The notes below the pieces were generated by a model. That model made no database searches and had not been told where the DNA came from. It worked only from the letters and a program-made list of their open reading frames with translations. DNA of 64,000 bases, from positions 480,001-544,000 of the forward strand of contig CAXXRD010000002.1 in NCBI GenBank assembly GCA_963663895.2, given 5' to 3'. Positions 1 through 10,239 of the stretch are shown here, in pieces (the stretch's first letter is position 1; each line of letters opens with the position of its first letter). Made by a program: the position numbers and the translations under genes. Source of the DNA: Dehalococcoidia bacterium. Its GTDB lineage: Bacteria > Chloroflexota > Dehalococcoidia > Bin125.

Positions 1-1
1 G

Positions 2-997
2 AGCGCGGGCTCGGCGGCGGGTGTCGCGGCCGGGATGATGCCGTTCGCGATCGGGAGCGACGGCGGCGGGTCGATCCGGTTGCCTGCCGCGCACTGCGGG
101 CTGTACGGGATGAAAGCAGCGATGGGCCGGGTGCCGCTGTACCCCGGTTGCCGGGACGAGCGCTACCCGGGCGTGTCGAGTTGGGAGGGAATCGAGCACA
201 TCGGTCCGATCAGCCGCACGGTGGCAGACAGCGCTCTCATGCTGTCGGTGATCGCGGGCCCGGACGCGCGCGACCGGCACAGTCTGCCGCAGGCGGATTT
301 CGATTGGATGGCCGCAGCGGGAATGGGTGCGGACGGATTCGGTGGACTGCGGGTGGCCTTCAGCGAAGACCTCGGGTACGCGGCCGTGGATCCGGAGGTC
401 CGCCGGATCGCACGTGAGGCGGCGCAGGTGTTTGCAAGCGATCTGGGGTGCGAAGTGGAGGAGGCGCATCCGGGCTGGGACGATCCGGCGGCGGCGTTCT
501 GGGGGCTTGTGGCGCTGGAGAGCGATCTGCGCGGGATGCGGGCCTTAGCGGAGAAGCATGCGGGGCAAGTCTCGTCGAACCTGCTGGATTTTCTCAACAC
601 GCCCTGGAGCGCTGAGGACCTGAGCGACGCCGTCATGGCGCGCAAGGCGGTCTGCAATAAGATGTGGCGCTTCATGCGTACGTACGACCTGTTCTTGACG
701 CCGACGCTGGCGGTGCCGCCGTTCCCCGTGCACATGCAGGGACCGGAGAAGATCGAGGGGAAATTCGTGGGTCCGTTCGGGTGGTTCCCGTTCACGTTCC
801 CGATAAACATGACGGGGCAGCCAGCGGCGTCCGTGCCGGCGGGGTGGACGGAGGACGGGCGGCCGGTTGGGCTCCAGATCGTGGGGCGGCACTTGGACGA
901 CCCCGGCGTGCTGCGGGCGTCGGCGGCATACGAAGCGGTGCGGCCATGGAAAGACCGCTGGCCGCCGCTGTTAAGTGAGTTGGGCCTGCGAAACTAG
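2..997 (+). CDS. Amidase signature family protein (5'-truncated by window edge)
   Basis: Open frame from base 2 (SAGSAAGVAAG...), GSDGGGSIRLPA catalytic Ser motif, C-terminal FPINMTGQPAASVP...PVGLQIVG. Confidence 0.92.
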   Translation, partial: SAGSAAGVAAGMMPFAIGSDGGGSIRLPAAHCGLYGMKAAMGRVPLYPGCRDERYPGVSSWEGIEHIGPISRTVADSALMLSVIAGPDARDRHSLPQADFDWMAAAGMGADGFGGLRVAFSEDLGYAAVDPEVRRIAREAAQVFASDLGCEVEEAHPGWDDPAAAFWGLVALESDLRGMRALAEKHAGQVSSNLLDFLNTPWSAEDLSDAVMARKAVCNKMWRFMRTYDLFLTPTLAVPPFPVHMQGPEKIEGKFVGPFGWFPFTFPINMTGQPAASVPAGWTEDGRPVGLQIVGRHLDDPGVLRASAAYEAVRPWKDRWPPLLSELGLRN

Positions 998-1099
998 TCA
1001 CTCGGTCCGGCGCTCGCGCAACGCCGCGCAGAATGGGTGCCAGGGTGAGAGCGGCTGAAGCGTGGCTCGGGATCAGGCCGAGCGGCGGAGGGGGTCATA

Positions 1100-2068
1100 T
1101 TGGCGGAGGGATACGCGGCGGCGATCGCGGCGGCGTTCGTGTGGGCGGTTTCCGGAGCGGTGATCGCACGCCAAGCGTGGCGCGTCGATCCCTTCTCGAT
1201 CAGCGTCGTCCGGGTCACGGCTTCGCTCCTGTTCTTGGTTCCGGCGATCTTCGTCCTGGGCGCGCAGGGGGATTTCGCGCGCATGAGCGTGAGCGACATG
1301 GCGCAGCTGATCGGGACGGGATTCCTGGCGACGGCGCTCGCGGAGACGCTGTTCGCGGTCACGATCCCACTGTTCGGACTGACGCGGACGCTCACGGTCG
1401 CGCAGGGCGGGACGGTGCTGTTCGCCTACGTGTTCGGGCTGATCTTCATTGGGGACAAGATCACGGTCCTGATCGGGATCGGGTCGCTGGTAGTGGTGGC
1501 GGGGGTGTACATCGTCGCCAACTACGGGCGGGCGCGGACGGGGGGACCGGGGCCGATCGCTGGAGAAAGCGAGGTGGCCGCGCCCGCGCTGGCGTCAGGA
1601 CGGTTCGGGGCGGTGGCGCGATTCGCGCGGGCGCACGCCTTCGCGGTCGGTCTAACGCTCTCGATCGCGATGGCGATGATGTGGGGCGGGGCGTCCGTGT
1701 GGCTCCGGAGCGCGTCGGAAGGATTCGACGCGGCGGCGGCGGCGGCGATCCGGATGCCGGTCGTGATCCCTTTCTTAGTGCTCATAGCAGGAATCCAGCC
1801 TCAGTCGTCGCTGCGCCGCTGGGCGATCCCGCGCCGGAGCCTGGCCTGGCTGGCGGTGTCCGGAATGACCGGGACGGGGTTGGTGGTGGTGCTGATCGTG
1901 ACATCGCTCCAGCGGGTGAGCGCCGGCGAATTCACCGTGCTGTTCAACACGAGTCCGCTATTCGGGATGATCCTCGGCGCGATCTTCTTGCATGAGCGGA
2001 TCACGGTATGGGTCGTCGTGGGAGCGGCGCTCGTGCTGGGCGGGATCGCGATGATCGCGATCCGTTGA
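1100..2068 (+). CDS. DMT/EamA family transporter
   Basis: Two hydrophobic EamA-like halves, about 10 TM segments, C-terminal SPLFGMILGAIFLHERI motif. Confidence 0.85.
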   Translation: MAEGYAAAIAAAFVWAVSGAVIARQAWRVDPFSISVVRVTASLLFLVPAIFVLGAQGDFARMSVSDMAQLIGTGFLATALAETLFAVTIPLFGLTRTLTVAQGGTVLFAYVFGLIFIGDKITVLIGIGSLVVVAGVYIVANYGRARTGGPGPIAGESEVAAPALASGRFGAVARFARAHAFAVGLTLSIAMAMMWGGASVWLRSASEGFDAAAAAAIRMPVVIPFLVLIAGIQPQSSLRRWAIPRRSLAWLAVSGMTGTGLVVVLIVTSLQRVSAGEFTVLFNTSPLFGMILGAIFLHERITVWVVVGAALVLGGIAMIAIR

Positions 2069-2076
2069 TCGCAACG

Positions 2077-2907
2077 CTACGCCAGCGAGCCGATCTTGAA
2101 GATGGTGGTGTGGCGGAAGCGGGCAAGGTCGGTGCCGTCCTCGCCGGTGATGCAGCCGTCGGTGACGAAGTAGTGGTGGCCCTTGCGCTCGTAGGCTTCG
2201 ACGAAGTGACCGGTCGTCGTGAGCGTTTGATCGGAGAGGGCGGGAGCGAGGTGCTGGATCTGACTGCGGGTATGGATGATGGGTCCGAGGCGCACGCTGT
2301 GGCGGATGAAGGGCCACATCCGATAGGCGATCCAGCCGGGATGGAGACGCGGCCGCGCGCCGGTCCAGAGCGGATCGAGATCCTTCTGGATCTCGCGGGC
2401 GTAGCGGCTGGCATCGTCCGCCGTCACGGGAGTCGCGAGGGGGCGAAGATCTTGGCCGACGGGGGCATTCTCGATCGTAAGCTCGGGGACCCTTTCCAGT
2501 TGCGGCTCGGCGGTACGCCGCGCGGAGTCGTGCAGCTCGCTCAACCAAGGGGCGGGGCCAAGGCCGACCTGGCCGACGACGGCGCCCTGGCCTCCCGGAT
2601 CCAGGATCGTGAGGTCGAAAGCGCCGCCGTCGCGCTCGGCGATGCGGGTGGTGATCTCGTCGCCGGGGTAGACCGGCCGGCGGAATCGGAGGTCGTGCCA
2701 GCCGCTGTCCAGCCAGGCGGTGCCAAACAGCTGCAGCAGCGCGGGGACGGCCCAGCCGTAGACGGTGGTCCCTGCGATGATGGCAGCCCGAAAGCCGAAG
2801 CGGCGCGCGCCCTCATTGCTGTGCACGATATTGGGGATGTTCATATTGTCGGCGTCGTCGAGAAAGGCCGTAGTGGAAACCTCGACAGTGCGGCGATCGA
2901 TGGTCAT
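2077..2907 (-). CDS. MaoC-like double hot-dog dehydratase/acyl-CoA-processing protein
   Basis: NIVHSNEGARRFGFRAAIIAG and LRFRRPVYPGD hot-dog motifs; second degenerate hot-dog half (YERKGHHY). Confidence 0.65.
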   Translation of the reverse strand: MTIDRRTVEVSTTAFLDDADNMNIPNIVHSNEGARRFGFRAAIIAGTTVYGWAVPALLQLFGTAWLDSGWHDLRFRRPVYPGDEITTRIAERDGGAFDLTILDPGGQGAVVGQVGLGPAPWLSELHDSARRTAEPQLERVPELTIENAPVGQDLRPLATPVTADDASRYAREIQKDLDPLWTGARPRLHPGWIAYRMWPFIRHSVRLGPIIHTRSQIQHLAPALSDQTLTTTGHFVEAYERKGHHYFVTDGCITGEDGTDLARFRHTTIFKIGSLA

Positions 2908-3046
2908 GGCGGCTCCGTTCACGGCGAATTCTAGCAAGGCAGACGAAGGCAGCGAGAGCGCATGCTAGACTGCTCCGCCGCCGGGGCCGTCACGACGGTC
3001 GGCCGCCGGGCACACAAGACCCACGATCGGGCGAGAGGAGCAAGAG

Positions 3047-4585
3047 ATGTCGAGTCGCAGGCAGATCGGGGGGGTCATTCCGCCGACGAGGGACGAGCTC
3101 CGAGACATCGCGCTGCAGTATCACTTCGAACTGGGCGACGATGAAACCGAGTTTTTCTACGACTTAATCAACAGCTTGATGCCCTCGTATCGAAGGATCG
3201 CGGAGCTGCCCGAGCCGAAGCCGATCGTCAAGTATCCGCGGACGCCGGGGTATCAACCGTCGTTGGAAGACAACCCGCTGCGCGGGTGGTACTGGCGCTG
3301 CTCGGTGCAGGGAGCGTCCAGCGGCAAGCTGGCGGGGAAAACGGTGGCGCTGAAGGATTCGATCTGCCTGGCCGGCGTCCCGATGACGAACGGGTCGGCG
3401 CTGCTGGACGGGTTCATGCCGGACGTGGACGCGACCGTGGTGCAGCGGATCCTGGACGCAGGCGGCCACATCATCGGCAAGGCGACCTGTGAGGACCTGT
3501 GCGTGTCTGGAGGCTCGATCACGTCGGTGCCGGCGCCGGTGCGGAACCCCCACAACCATGCCTACTCCGCGGGAGGGTCCTCCAGCGGGAGTGCGGCGCT
3601 GGTCGTCAATGGAGACGTGGACCTGACGCTGGGGGCGGACCAGGGCGGATCGATCCGGATCCCGGCGAGCCTGTCCGGCGCGGTGGGGCTGAAGGCGACG
3701 TACAGCCTGATCCCCTACACGGGGGTCGCCCCGCTGGAGCTGACGGTCGATCACGTGGGGCCGATCTGCCGGACGGTGGAAGACGTGGCGCTGCTGCTGG
3801 AGGTAGTGGCCGGAGACGACCCCATGGATCCGCGGCAGCGGCATCCGGTGAAGACGGAGGAGTACACCAAGGCGCTGACCGGCGACGTGACGGACTTGAC
3901 GATCGGGGTGGTGAAAGAGGGCTTCGGCTGGGGCGAGGACTCCGTGGAGACGGACGCGGCGGTGCGAGAGGCGATCGCCGGGTTCGAGAAGCTGGGCGCG
4001 ACGGTGAAAGAAGTATCGGTGCCGCTGCACCGGGACGGGACGCACGTCTTCACGGCGATCTTGGCGGACGGATTGTTCAACCAGGTGGTGTACGGGAACG
4101 GAGTGGGGTTCGGGTGGAAAGGCTACTACGACACCAAGGCGCTGGATTACTTCGCGCGCTCGCGCCGGTCGGTGGCGCACAGCTTCTCGCACCTCTACAA
4201 GCTGATCATCCTGCTGGGACACTACATGCAGGATCGGTACAACGGGCACTTCTACGCGAAGGCGCAGAACCAGACACGGCTGGTGGCCGAGTCGTACGAC
4301 CACGTGCTGGAGGAGTGCGATCTGCTGGCGATGCCGACGGCGGCGCCACAGGGGAAAGCCCTGCCAATCCTGGAAGACCCGACGCCGGAAGAGTACGTGG
4401 CGGAGGCGTTCAGCTACCACCTGAACACGTGTCCGATGGACATGACGGGGCATCCGTCGGTCTCGGTGCCATGCGCGAAGGTAGACGGCCTGCCGGTGGG
4501 CTTGATGCTGACGGGACGGATGTGGGAAGACGCAACGGTGTTGCGGGGCGCGCATGCGTTCGAGTCTTTGGGCATGTACTCCTAG
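3047..4585 (+). CDS. Amidase signature family protein with N-terminal helical extension
   Basis: VALKDSI (Lys), GGSSSGS, GADQGGSIRIP triad motifs; RBS GAGGAG upstream. Confidence 0.93.
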   Translation: MSSRRQIGGVIPPTRDELRDIALQYHFELGDDETEFFYDLINSLMPSYRRIAELPEPKPIVKYPRTPGYQPSLEDNPLRGWYWRCSVQGASSGKLAGKTVALKDSICLAGVPMTNGSALLDGFMPDVDATVVQRILDAGGHIIGKATCEDLCVSGGSITSVPAPVRNPHNHAYSAGGSSSGSAALVVNGDVDLTLGADQGGSIRIPASLSGAVGLKATYSLIPYTGVAPLELTVDHVGPICRTVEDVALLLEVVAGDDPMDPRQRHPVKTEEYTKALTGDVTDLTIGVVKEGFGWGEDSVETDAAVREAIAGFEKLGATVKEVSVPLHRDGTHVFTAILADGLFNQVVYGNGVGFGWKGYYDTKALDYFARSRRSVAHSFSHLYKLIILLGHYMQDRYNGHFYAKAQNQTRLVAESYDHVLEECDLLAMPTAAPQGKALPILEDPTPEEYVAEAFSYHLNTCPMDMTGHPSVSVPCAKVDGLPVGLMLTGRMWEDATVLRGAHAFESLGMYS

Positions 4586-4655
4586 AGAACCCGGCCGTTG
4601 CGGACGGCTGAGATCCGCGCTGTTCACTCTCAGCCGCCCTTTCGCCGATCGCACA

Positions 4656-6059
4656 TTGGCGCTCGTGCTCGCGATCGCGGCCGGGGCAGCCGTGGGCGCA
4701 TGCGGATCGGGCGATGGCGGTGTCGACCCCACTGCCGTACCGCCTGAGAGGCCCGTAGGCAGCAACAGCCTCGACGACAGCCCGCCGGTAACAGACCGCA
4801 GTACCGATGATTCGAGCGACCGCGATGGCGCGGATCCCAGCTCCGCGGCCGCGTCCCCGCAGAGCGGCGCAGACGCGGCCGAGAACGGGCCGGAAATCAT
4901 GGAGGAGACGCCGATTCCCGGCGGATACACATTCGGCTTCATCCTGGGAAGCGACGCCCTGGGATTCGTGCTGGGGATGGAGATGCTGCCGGACGGATCG
5001 GGCAACGTCGTGCTGGTGGCGCGGGAGGGACGGCTGTGGCGGGCCGATGCGGACGGAGCCGTGCACCTGTACGGAGACATCTCGGAGCGTGTGCTGTCCG
5101 GCGGAGAGCAAGGATTGTTGGGGCTGGCATTCTCGCCAACGTTCGCCTCGGACGGGCTGGCGTACTTGCACTACACCGCGCCCGATCCCGCACGCACGGT
5201 CATCTCGCGGTTCCGGACGGCGGACGGCGGGCTCAACGCGGGGTCGGAGGAGATATTGCTGCAGGTCGAGCAGCCGTTCCCGAACCACAATGGAGGGCAG
5301 ATCGCGTTCGGACCCGACGGGCTGCTCTACATCGCTCTGGGCGATGGCGGCGCGGGCGGAGATCCCCTCGGCCACGGGCAAGATCTGGGGACGTTGCTCG
5401 GTGCGGTCCTGCGGATCGACGTGTCGGATCCTGGCGGCTATCGGATCCCGGTCGACAATCCGTTCGTGGGAGTGGAGGGAGCGCGACCGGAGATCTACGC
5501 GTACGGGCTGCGAAATCCCTGGCGGTTCAGCTTCGATTCGGAGACGGGGAAGCTCTGGCTCGCCGATGTGGGGCAGGACGAATGGGAAGAGGTCCATACG
5601 ATCGTGGCGGGCGGAAACTACGGCTGGAACACGCTGGAAGGATTCGCGTGCTTCGCCTCGCCGACGTGCTCCAGCGACGGGCTCCAGCTGCCGCGTGCGG
5701 TCTACGACCATGGACCGCTGGGAGGTTGCTCGATCACGGGCGGCTACGTGTATCGCGGCGCCGCATTGCCCGAGCTGGACGGCTGGTACGTCTACGGCGA
5801 CTTCTGCAGCTCGCGGGTCTGGGCGGTGGACGCGACATCGGACGGTCCGCCAGTGGTGCTGGCGGATGCGCATCCGGCAGGGTCGATCACGTCGTTCGGG
5901 CTGACTCCGGCCGGAGAGGTGGCCGTGCTGACGATGGACGGCGCCACCTTCACGCTGACGCAACTCGAGCGCGCCGCCGGATCCTGGGGATGGCCGGCGC
6001 CCGGCGCGGATCGCGCTAGTAGGTCAGCCCACCGGAGACTTCAAGGGCCTCGCCGGTGA
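4656..6059 (+). CDS. PQQ-dependent glucose/sorbosone dehydrogenase family lipoprotein (start uncertain)
   Basis: EQGLLGLAFSP, NHNGGQIAFGPDG, YGLRNPWRFSFD, GGNYGW motifs; hydrophobic signal ending VGAC followed by an acidic linker. Confidence 0.85.
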   Translation: MALVLAIAAGAAVGACGSGDGGVDPTAVPPERPVGSNSLDDSPPVTDRSTDDSSDRDGADPSSAAASPQSGADAAENGPEIMEETPIPGGYTFGFILGSDALGFVLGMEMLPDGSGNVVLVAREGRLWRADADGAVHLYGDISERVLSGGEQGLLGLAFSPTFASDGLAYLHYTAPDPARTVISRFRTADGGLNAGSEEILLQVEQPFPNHNGGQIAFGPDGLLYIALGDGGAGGDPLGHGQDLGTLLGAVLRIDVSDPGGYRIPVDNPFVGVEGARPEIYAYGLRNPWRFSFDSETGKLWLADVGQDEWEEVHTIVAGGNYGWNTLEGFACFASPTCSSDGLQLPRAVYDHGPLGGCSITGGYVYRGAALPELDGWYVYGDFCSSRVWAVDATSDGPPVVLADAHPAGSITSFGLTPAGEVAVLTMDGATFTLTQLERAAGSWGWPAPGADRASRSAHRRLQGPRR

Positions 6060-6801
6060 CGAACTCCGAGAGATCGGAGGCGAGAAAAACGACCATGTTC
6101 GCCACGTCGGTGGGGAGGGCAAAGCGCTTGAGGGCCGTATCGGCGCGGACCCGTTCGAGGAGCTCCTCGCGCGGAATGCCCCAGCTCTGCGAGTACCAAT
6201 CGAGGACGGCGTCGCCCATGCGAGCGTCGACCCAGCCGGGACAGACGGCGTTGACGCGAACGCCGTGCTCCCCGACCTCACGGGCGAGGGACTCGCTGAG
6301 GTTGTTCACCCCGGCCTTGCTGGCGCAGTAGTGGGCGATCTCGGGGTGGCCGCGCAGCCCCCCAACGGAAGAGATGTTGATAATGCTGCCGCGTTTGCGC
6401 TGGGTCATGTGCGTGACAAAGGCGCGGTTGCAGAGGAAGACGCCGGTGAGATTCACGTCGATGGTCCGGCGCCACTGATCGAGGGACATGGTGGCGACGG
6501 GGGAGAAATCGAGGACGGCCGCGGTGCACACGAGCGCGTCGACGCAGCCGAGATCGGCGATCGCGGCGGCGGCGGCGGTGTGCACCGCTGCCTCCGAGGT
6601 GATATCGACCCGGCGGGTGGTGGGGCGGCGGCCGTCGATCACGGCCGCGTCGCGGATCCGATCGAGAGCGGCGGCGGCGTTGTCCCACACCTCGACATCG
6701 GCGCCTTGGCGCAGCAGCTCGCGCACGATGACGGTGCCGATGCTGCCGGCGCTGGTCTCGACGATCTTCTTGCCCGCGAGGAGCGTGCCGTTTTCCGTCA
6801 T
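6016..6801 (-). CDS. Short-chain dehydrogenase/reductase
   Basis: NISS, YCASK catalytic motif, VRVNAVCPG, VTGEALEVSGG; N-terminal Gly motif atypical. Confidence 0.88.
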   Translation of the reverse strand: MTENGTLLAGKKIVETSAGSIGTVIVRELLRQGADVEVWDNAAAALDRIRDAAVIDGRRPTTRRVDITSEAAVHTAAAAAIADLGCVDALVCTAAVLDFSPVATMSLDQWRRTIDVNLTGVFLCNRAFVTHMTQRKRGSIINISSVGGLRGHPEIAHYCASKAGVNNLSESLAREVGEHGVRVNAVCPGWVDARMGDAVLDWYSQSWGIPREELLERVRADTALKRFALPTDVANMVVFLASDLSEFVTGEALEVSGGLTY

Positions 6802-6803
6802 GA

Positions 6804-8519
6804 CTAGGTCTCACTGGCGCGGCGCGGCGCCACGCGAAAGTCATCGACGGCGGCGGTCCGGTCGATCACGGCGTCGATGACGGTGGGATGGCCGGAGGCG
6901 AAGGCCGAGCGCAGAGCGTCCGGGATGTCGCGGGCGTCGTCGACGCACAGACCGTCGGCGCCGAAGCCGCGGGCGATGCGCGCATGGTCGACATCGCCGA
7001 ACTCGGAGGCGATCAGCCGGTCCTTCTGGTGCTGGCGGACCATGCCGAGGGAGGAGTCGTTCATGACGAGCCAGACGGCAGGCAGCTCGTACTGCACGGC
7101 CGTGGCGATGGCGTGGACGGAGATCATGAAGCCGCCATCGCCGGTGACGCCGAGCACGGGGCGGCGGGGCTGCGCGACCTTGAGCCCGAGCGCGGCGGGG
7201 AGGGCCCAGCCCATGCCGGCAAGCCCGCCGGGACAGAAAAAGGTCTTGGCTTGCTGCGCTTGGTAGAAATGACACATCCACACGCGGTTGTTGCCGGCGT
7301 CCAGGGCGATGAGCGTCTCGGGATCAACGGATTCCTGGACGAGACGGACGAGGCGCGGCGGCAGCGGGGGAGCGGTGTCGCCGTGGAGCATTGGGTGCTC
7401 GTAGTAGGAGCGCGTGCGCTTGATCGCGGCGAGACGCTCGCTCCGGGCCTGGGTGTCGAGGGGGTCTTCGCGCAGGGTCGCCTCGCAGGCCGCGACGAGC
7501 TGAGCGAGGACGGCTTGCGCATCGCCGATGAGCGCCCGCTCGACGGGGAAGGTCCACCCGGCGTTATGGGGATCAATGTCGACCTGGAGGATCCTCTGAC
7601 GGGCGGGGTCGAAAACGGCGGGCCGCTCGCGCACGGTGTCTTGCGGGGTGAGCTTGGCGCCGACGACGAGGACGACGTCGGCGTCGCCGACCACCGCGTT
7701 GGCAACCTCTTGGCCGAACACGCCGACCATGCCGACGGCGAGGGGGTGGGTCTCGGCGATCGCGCTCTTGCCCTTGTAGGTCGTGGCGACGGCGGCGCCG
7801 AGGAGCTCGGCGAGGCGGCGGAGATCCTGGTGAGCGTCTGCCAGGTGGACGCCGTTGCCGGCGACGATGACCGGGTTCGCCGCGTTGATCAGGAGCTCGG
7901 CGGCAGGGACCACGTCATCCTCGGCGGCGACCGCGGGGGAGCCGGGGAGGTAGCCGGCGGTGGGATGGATGTAGGGGGCGTGCGCTTCGTCCACGTCGTC
8001 GAGGACGGCTTGGCTGCGGAAGACGACGGCGGCGGGACCGGGGCGGCCGCTGGTGGCGTGCTTGATGGCGAGCTGGGTGCCGATGACCGCTTCCTTGGCC
8101 GTGGCGGCCAGGGTGGTGTACTTGGTCATGGCGCGGAAGATGGCGACGATGTCCGGGCTGCCGTGGTCGCCCGTGACGGACTGGTTGGCGGGGTGCTGGG
8201 GCATGAGACCGTCCGACGTATCGGTGATGATCACCATCGGGGAGCCGCTGACGAAGGCCTCCATGACGCCGAAAGCGGCGTTCGAACCGATGAAGGCGCC
8301 CTGGCCCATGATGAGGGCGGGGCGGCCGGCAGCGCGGGCGTAGGCATCCGCCATGATGGAAGCCCCGTGCTCGTGGCGGACGAGGATGGAGGTGACGCGT
8401 TCGCGCTGGTCGTAGAGGCCGTCGAAGATCTCGAGGGTGCCGCCGCCCGGAAGGCCGAAGACGTGCTGAATGCCGGACTCGGCCAGGACGCGCGCGATCA
8501 GCTCTTTCGCCTTCGCCAT
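6804..8519 (-). CDS. Thiamine-pyrophosphate-dependent enzyme (acetolactate synthase-like family)
   Basis: VFGLPGG, VRHEHGA (catalytic Glu), SGRPGP, GDGGF...MND TPP-binding motif. Confidence 0.9.
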   Translation of the reverse strand: MAKAKELIARVLAESGIQHVFGLPGGGTLEIFDGLYDQRERVTSILVRHEHGASIMADAYARAAGRPALIMGQGAFIGSNAAFGVMEAFVSGSPMVIITDTSDGLMPQHPANQSVTGDHGSPDIVAIFRAMTKYTTLAATAKEAVIGTQLAIKHATSGRPGPAAVVFRSQAVLDDVDEAHAPYIHPTAGYLPGSPAVAAEDDVVPAAELLINAANPVIVAGNGVHLADAHQDLRRLAELLGAAVATTYKGKSAIAETHPLAVGMVGVFGQEVANAVVGDADVVLVVGAKLTPQDTVRERPAVFDPARQRILQVDIDPHNAGWTFPVERALIGDAQAVLAQLVAACEATLREDPLDTQARSERLAAIKRTRSYYEHPMLHGDTAPPLPPRLVRLVQESVDPETLIALDAGNNRVWMCHFYQAQQAKTFFCPGGLAGMGWALPAALGLKVAQPRRPVLGVTGDGGFMISVHAIATAVQYELPAVWLVMNDSSLGMVRQHQKDRLIASEFGDVDHARIARGFGADGLCVDDARDIPDALRSAFASGHPTVIDAVIDRTAAVDDFRVAPRRASET

Positions 8520-8632
8520 GTGTCTCTCCCTGCGGCGCAGGCCCATGACTACAAGGTGCGCGGCGCTCGTGTCCAGTCACGCAGGCCCTGACGGGGCTTT
8601 CAAGGAGGCGGCGTTTGCCGTATAAGGAGCGC

Positions 8633-9658
8633 ATGCGCGATACCGCCCTAGCCGAGATCGAGAGTTGCTACGCATTGGGGTGGACGGACGGGCTGCCGGT
8701 CGTGCCGCCGACGCCGGAGCGCGTGGAGGCGATGCTGGGGGAGTGGGCGCCGCGGCGGGCAGAGGCGATCGCGACCTTGCTCCCGAGCGGCGGGGTGGCC
8801 ACCGTCGAGAAGATCGCGGCCAATGCGGTGATGGCGGGCTGCCTGCCCGCGTACTTGCCGGTCGTGATCGGCGCGGTGCAAGCCGTGGCGCAGCCCGCCT
8901 TCGGGTTGGAGGCCGTGCTGACAACGGTGCACTCGTGCAGCCCCATGCTGCTGGTCAGCGGACCCGTGGCGGCGGAGCTGGAGATGAACGCGGGCACGGG
9001 GGCGCTCGGCCCGGGCAACCGCGCCAACGCGACGATCGGGCGGGCGCTGCTCTTGGTGATGCGCAACGTGGCGGGCGCGGTGCCGGGCGGGCTCGACCCG
9101 GCGACGCTGGGGCAGCCGGGGAAGTACAGCTTCTGCTACACGGAGCAGACGGCGGACTCGCCCTGGGAGCCGTTCCAGGTCACGAAAGGCTTCGGGGCGG
9201 AAGAGTCGGCGGTGACGGTCTACGGAGCGGACGCCCCGCTCTGCATCGCGGAGATGGGACGGCCGGATCCGGAATCGATCCTGGCGACGATCGTGGAATC
9301 GGCGCTGATCCCGGGGAGCTACAACGCCTTTTTCCGCGAGGATCTGTTCTTGGTGATGTCGCCCAACCACGCGGAGGTGATCGGAGCGGCGGGATGGAGC
9401 CGGGCGGACGTGCAGCAGTACTTCTACGAGCACGCACGCTTGCCGGCCGGGCATCTGCGCCAGCGGGGGTTGTACGGGTTCGCCGAGGTGCCCGACTACG
9501 CCAATGTGGTGATGGAGGCGGATGCCGAGACGCTCGTGCCGGTGATCGCGAGTCCGGAGCGCCTGTGTCTGACGGTGGCGGGCGGCGCCTACGGCGGCTA
9601 TACCGCTATCGTGTTCGGCATGGGAAGCAGCGTCACGCTGCCGCTGCCGGCAGCGTGA
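8633..9658 (+). CDS. Conserved hypothetical protein of the type found next to UGSC-family (seleno)proteins
   Basis: GWTDGLPVVPPTPERVEAML, TVEKIAANAVMAGC, GNRANATIGRAL, TLGQPGKY motifs; RBS AAGGAG upstream of ATG 8633. Confidence 0.75.
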   Translation: MRDTALAEIESCYALGWTDGLPVVPPTPERVEAMLGEWAPRRAEAIATLLPSGGVATVEKIAANAVMAGCLPAYLPVVIGAVQAVAQPAFGLEAVLTTVHSCSPMLLVSGPVAAELEMNAGTGALGPGNRANATIGRALLLVMRNVAGAVPGGLDPATLGQPGKYSFCYTEQTADSPWEPFQVTKGFGAEESAVTVYGADAPLCIAEMGRPDPESILATIVESALIPGSYNAFFREDLFLVMSPNHAEVIGAAGWSRADVQQYFYEHARLPAGHLRQRGLYGFAEVPDYANVVMEADAETLVPVIASPERLCLTVAGGAYGGYTAIVFGMGSSVTLPLPAA

Positions 9659-9674
9659 GGGTTTGGAGGCCGAG

Positions 9675-10226
9675 ATGAACGTCCAGGCGGAGAGTTTCGT
9701 CAGCCCGGTCGCGGATGCCTTCCAGCCGGGGGAGCCGGCCGCCCGACCGGAGTCGCTGGACGATGCACGGGTGGGGCTGGTCGACTGCATGCTCAATCCC
9801 AGCGGCAACTGGGGGCAGGGGATCTTGGACGGGGCCGAGGCGGCGATCCACGATCGCTGGCCGGGCGCGGCCTTCGGGCGAGTGCCGCGTCCGCAGGTCG
9901 TCGCGGAGCCAACGGAAACCTGGGCCCCCGCGATGGCGAAGCAGTATCAGGCCTTGATAATCGCGGCGGGGGACTGAGCGACCTGCTCGTCGCGCAGTGT
10001 GCGCGACGCGGTGGCGGCGGAGAAAAATGGCGTGCCGAGCGTCGTTGTGCTGACCGACGGGTTGTGCTCGATCGCGAGCGAGACAGCGCGCGTGCTGGGA
10101 CGGGAGGGACTACCGATCATCACGGTCGAGACGAGCCTGTTCGGGCTGAACCGCGAGGCGATCGCGCAGGCGGTGGAGCCGCTGGGCTCCCAGATCGCCG
10201 AAGCGCTCACCCGCGGCGAGCCGTAA
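9675..10226 (+). CDS. UGSC-family thioredoxin-like selenoprotein (183 aa; UGA at 9975-9977 read as Sec, motif GD-U-ATC)
   Basis: ORFs 9663..9977 and 9999..10226 are in one frame separated by a single TGA; read-through gives IAAGD-U-ATCSSRSVRDAVAAEKNGVPSV; RBS GGAGG before ATG 9675; hairpin right after the UGA. Confidence 0.85.
9988..10008 (+). promoter_or_regulatory. Candidate bacterial SECIS element
   Basis: Perfect 9-bp stem CGTCGCGCA-GTG-TGCGCGACG starting after a 10-nt spacer from the UGA; the apical loop begins with G after 19 nt of intervening sequence. Confidence 0.75.
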
Positions 10227-10239
10227 ATCGCGAGCCGCC

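Noticed and set aside
9663-10226. Two separate small genes or a nonsense pseudogene
   Set aside because: The single in-frame TGA sits exactly in a U-x-x-C motif with a SECIS-like hairpin, so read-through is the simpler explanation
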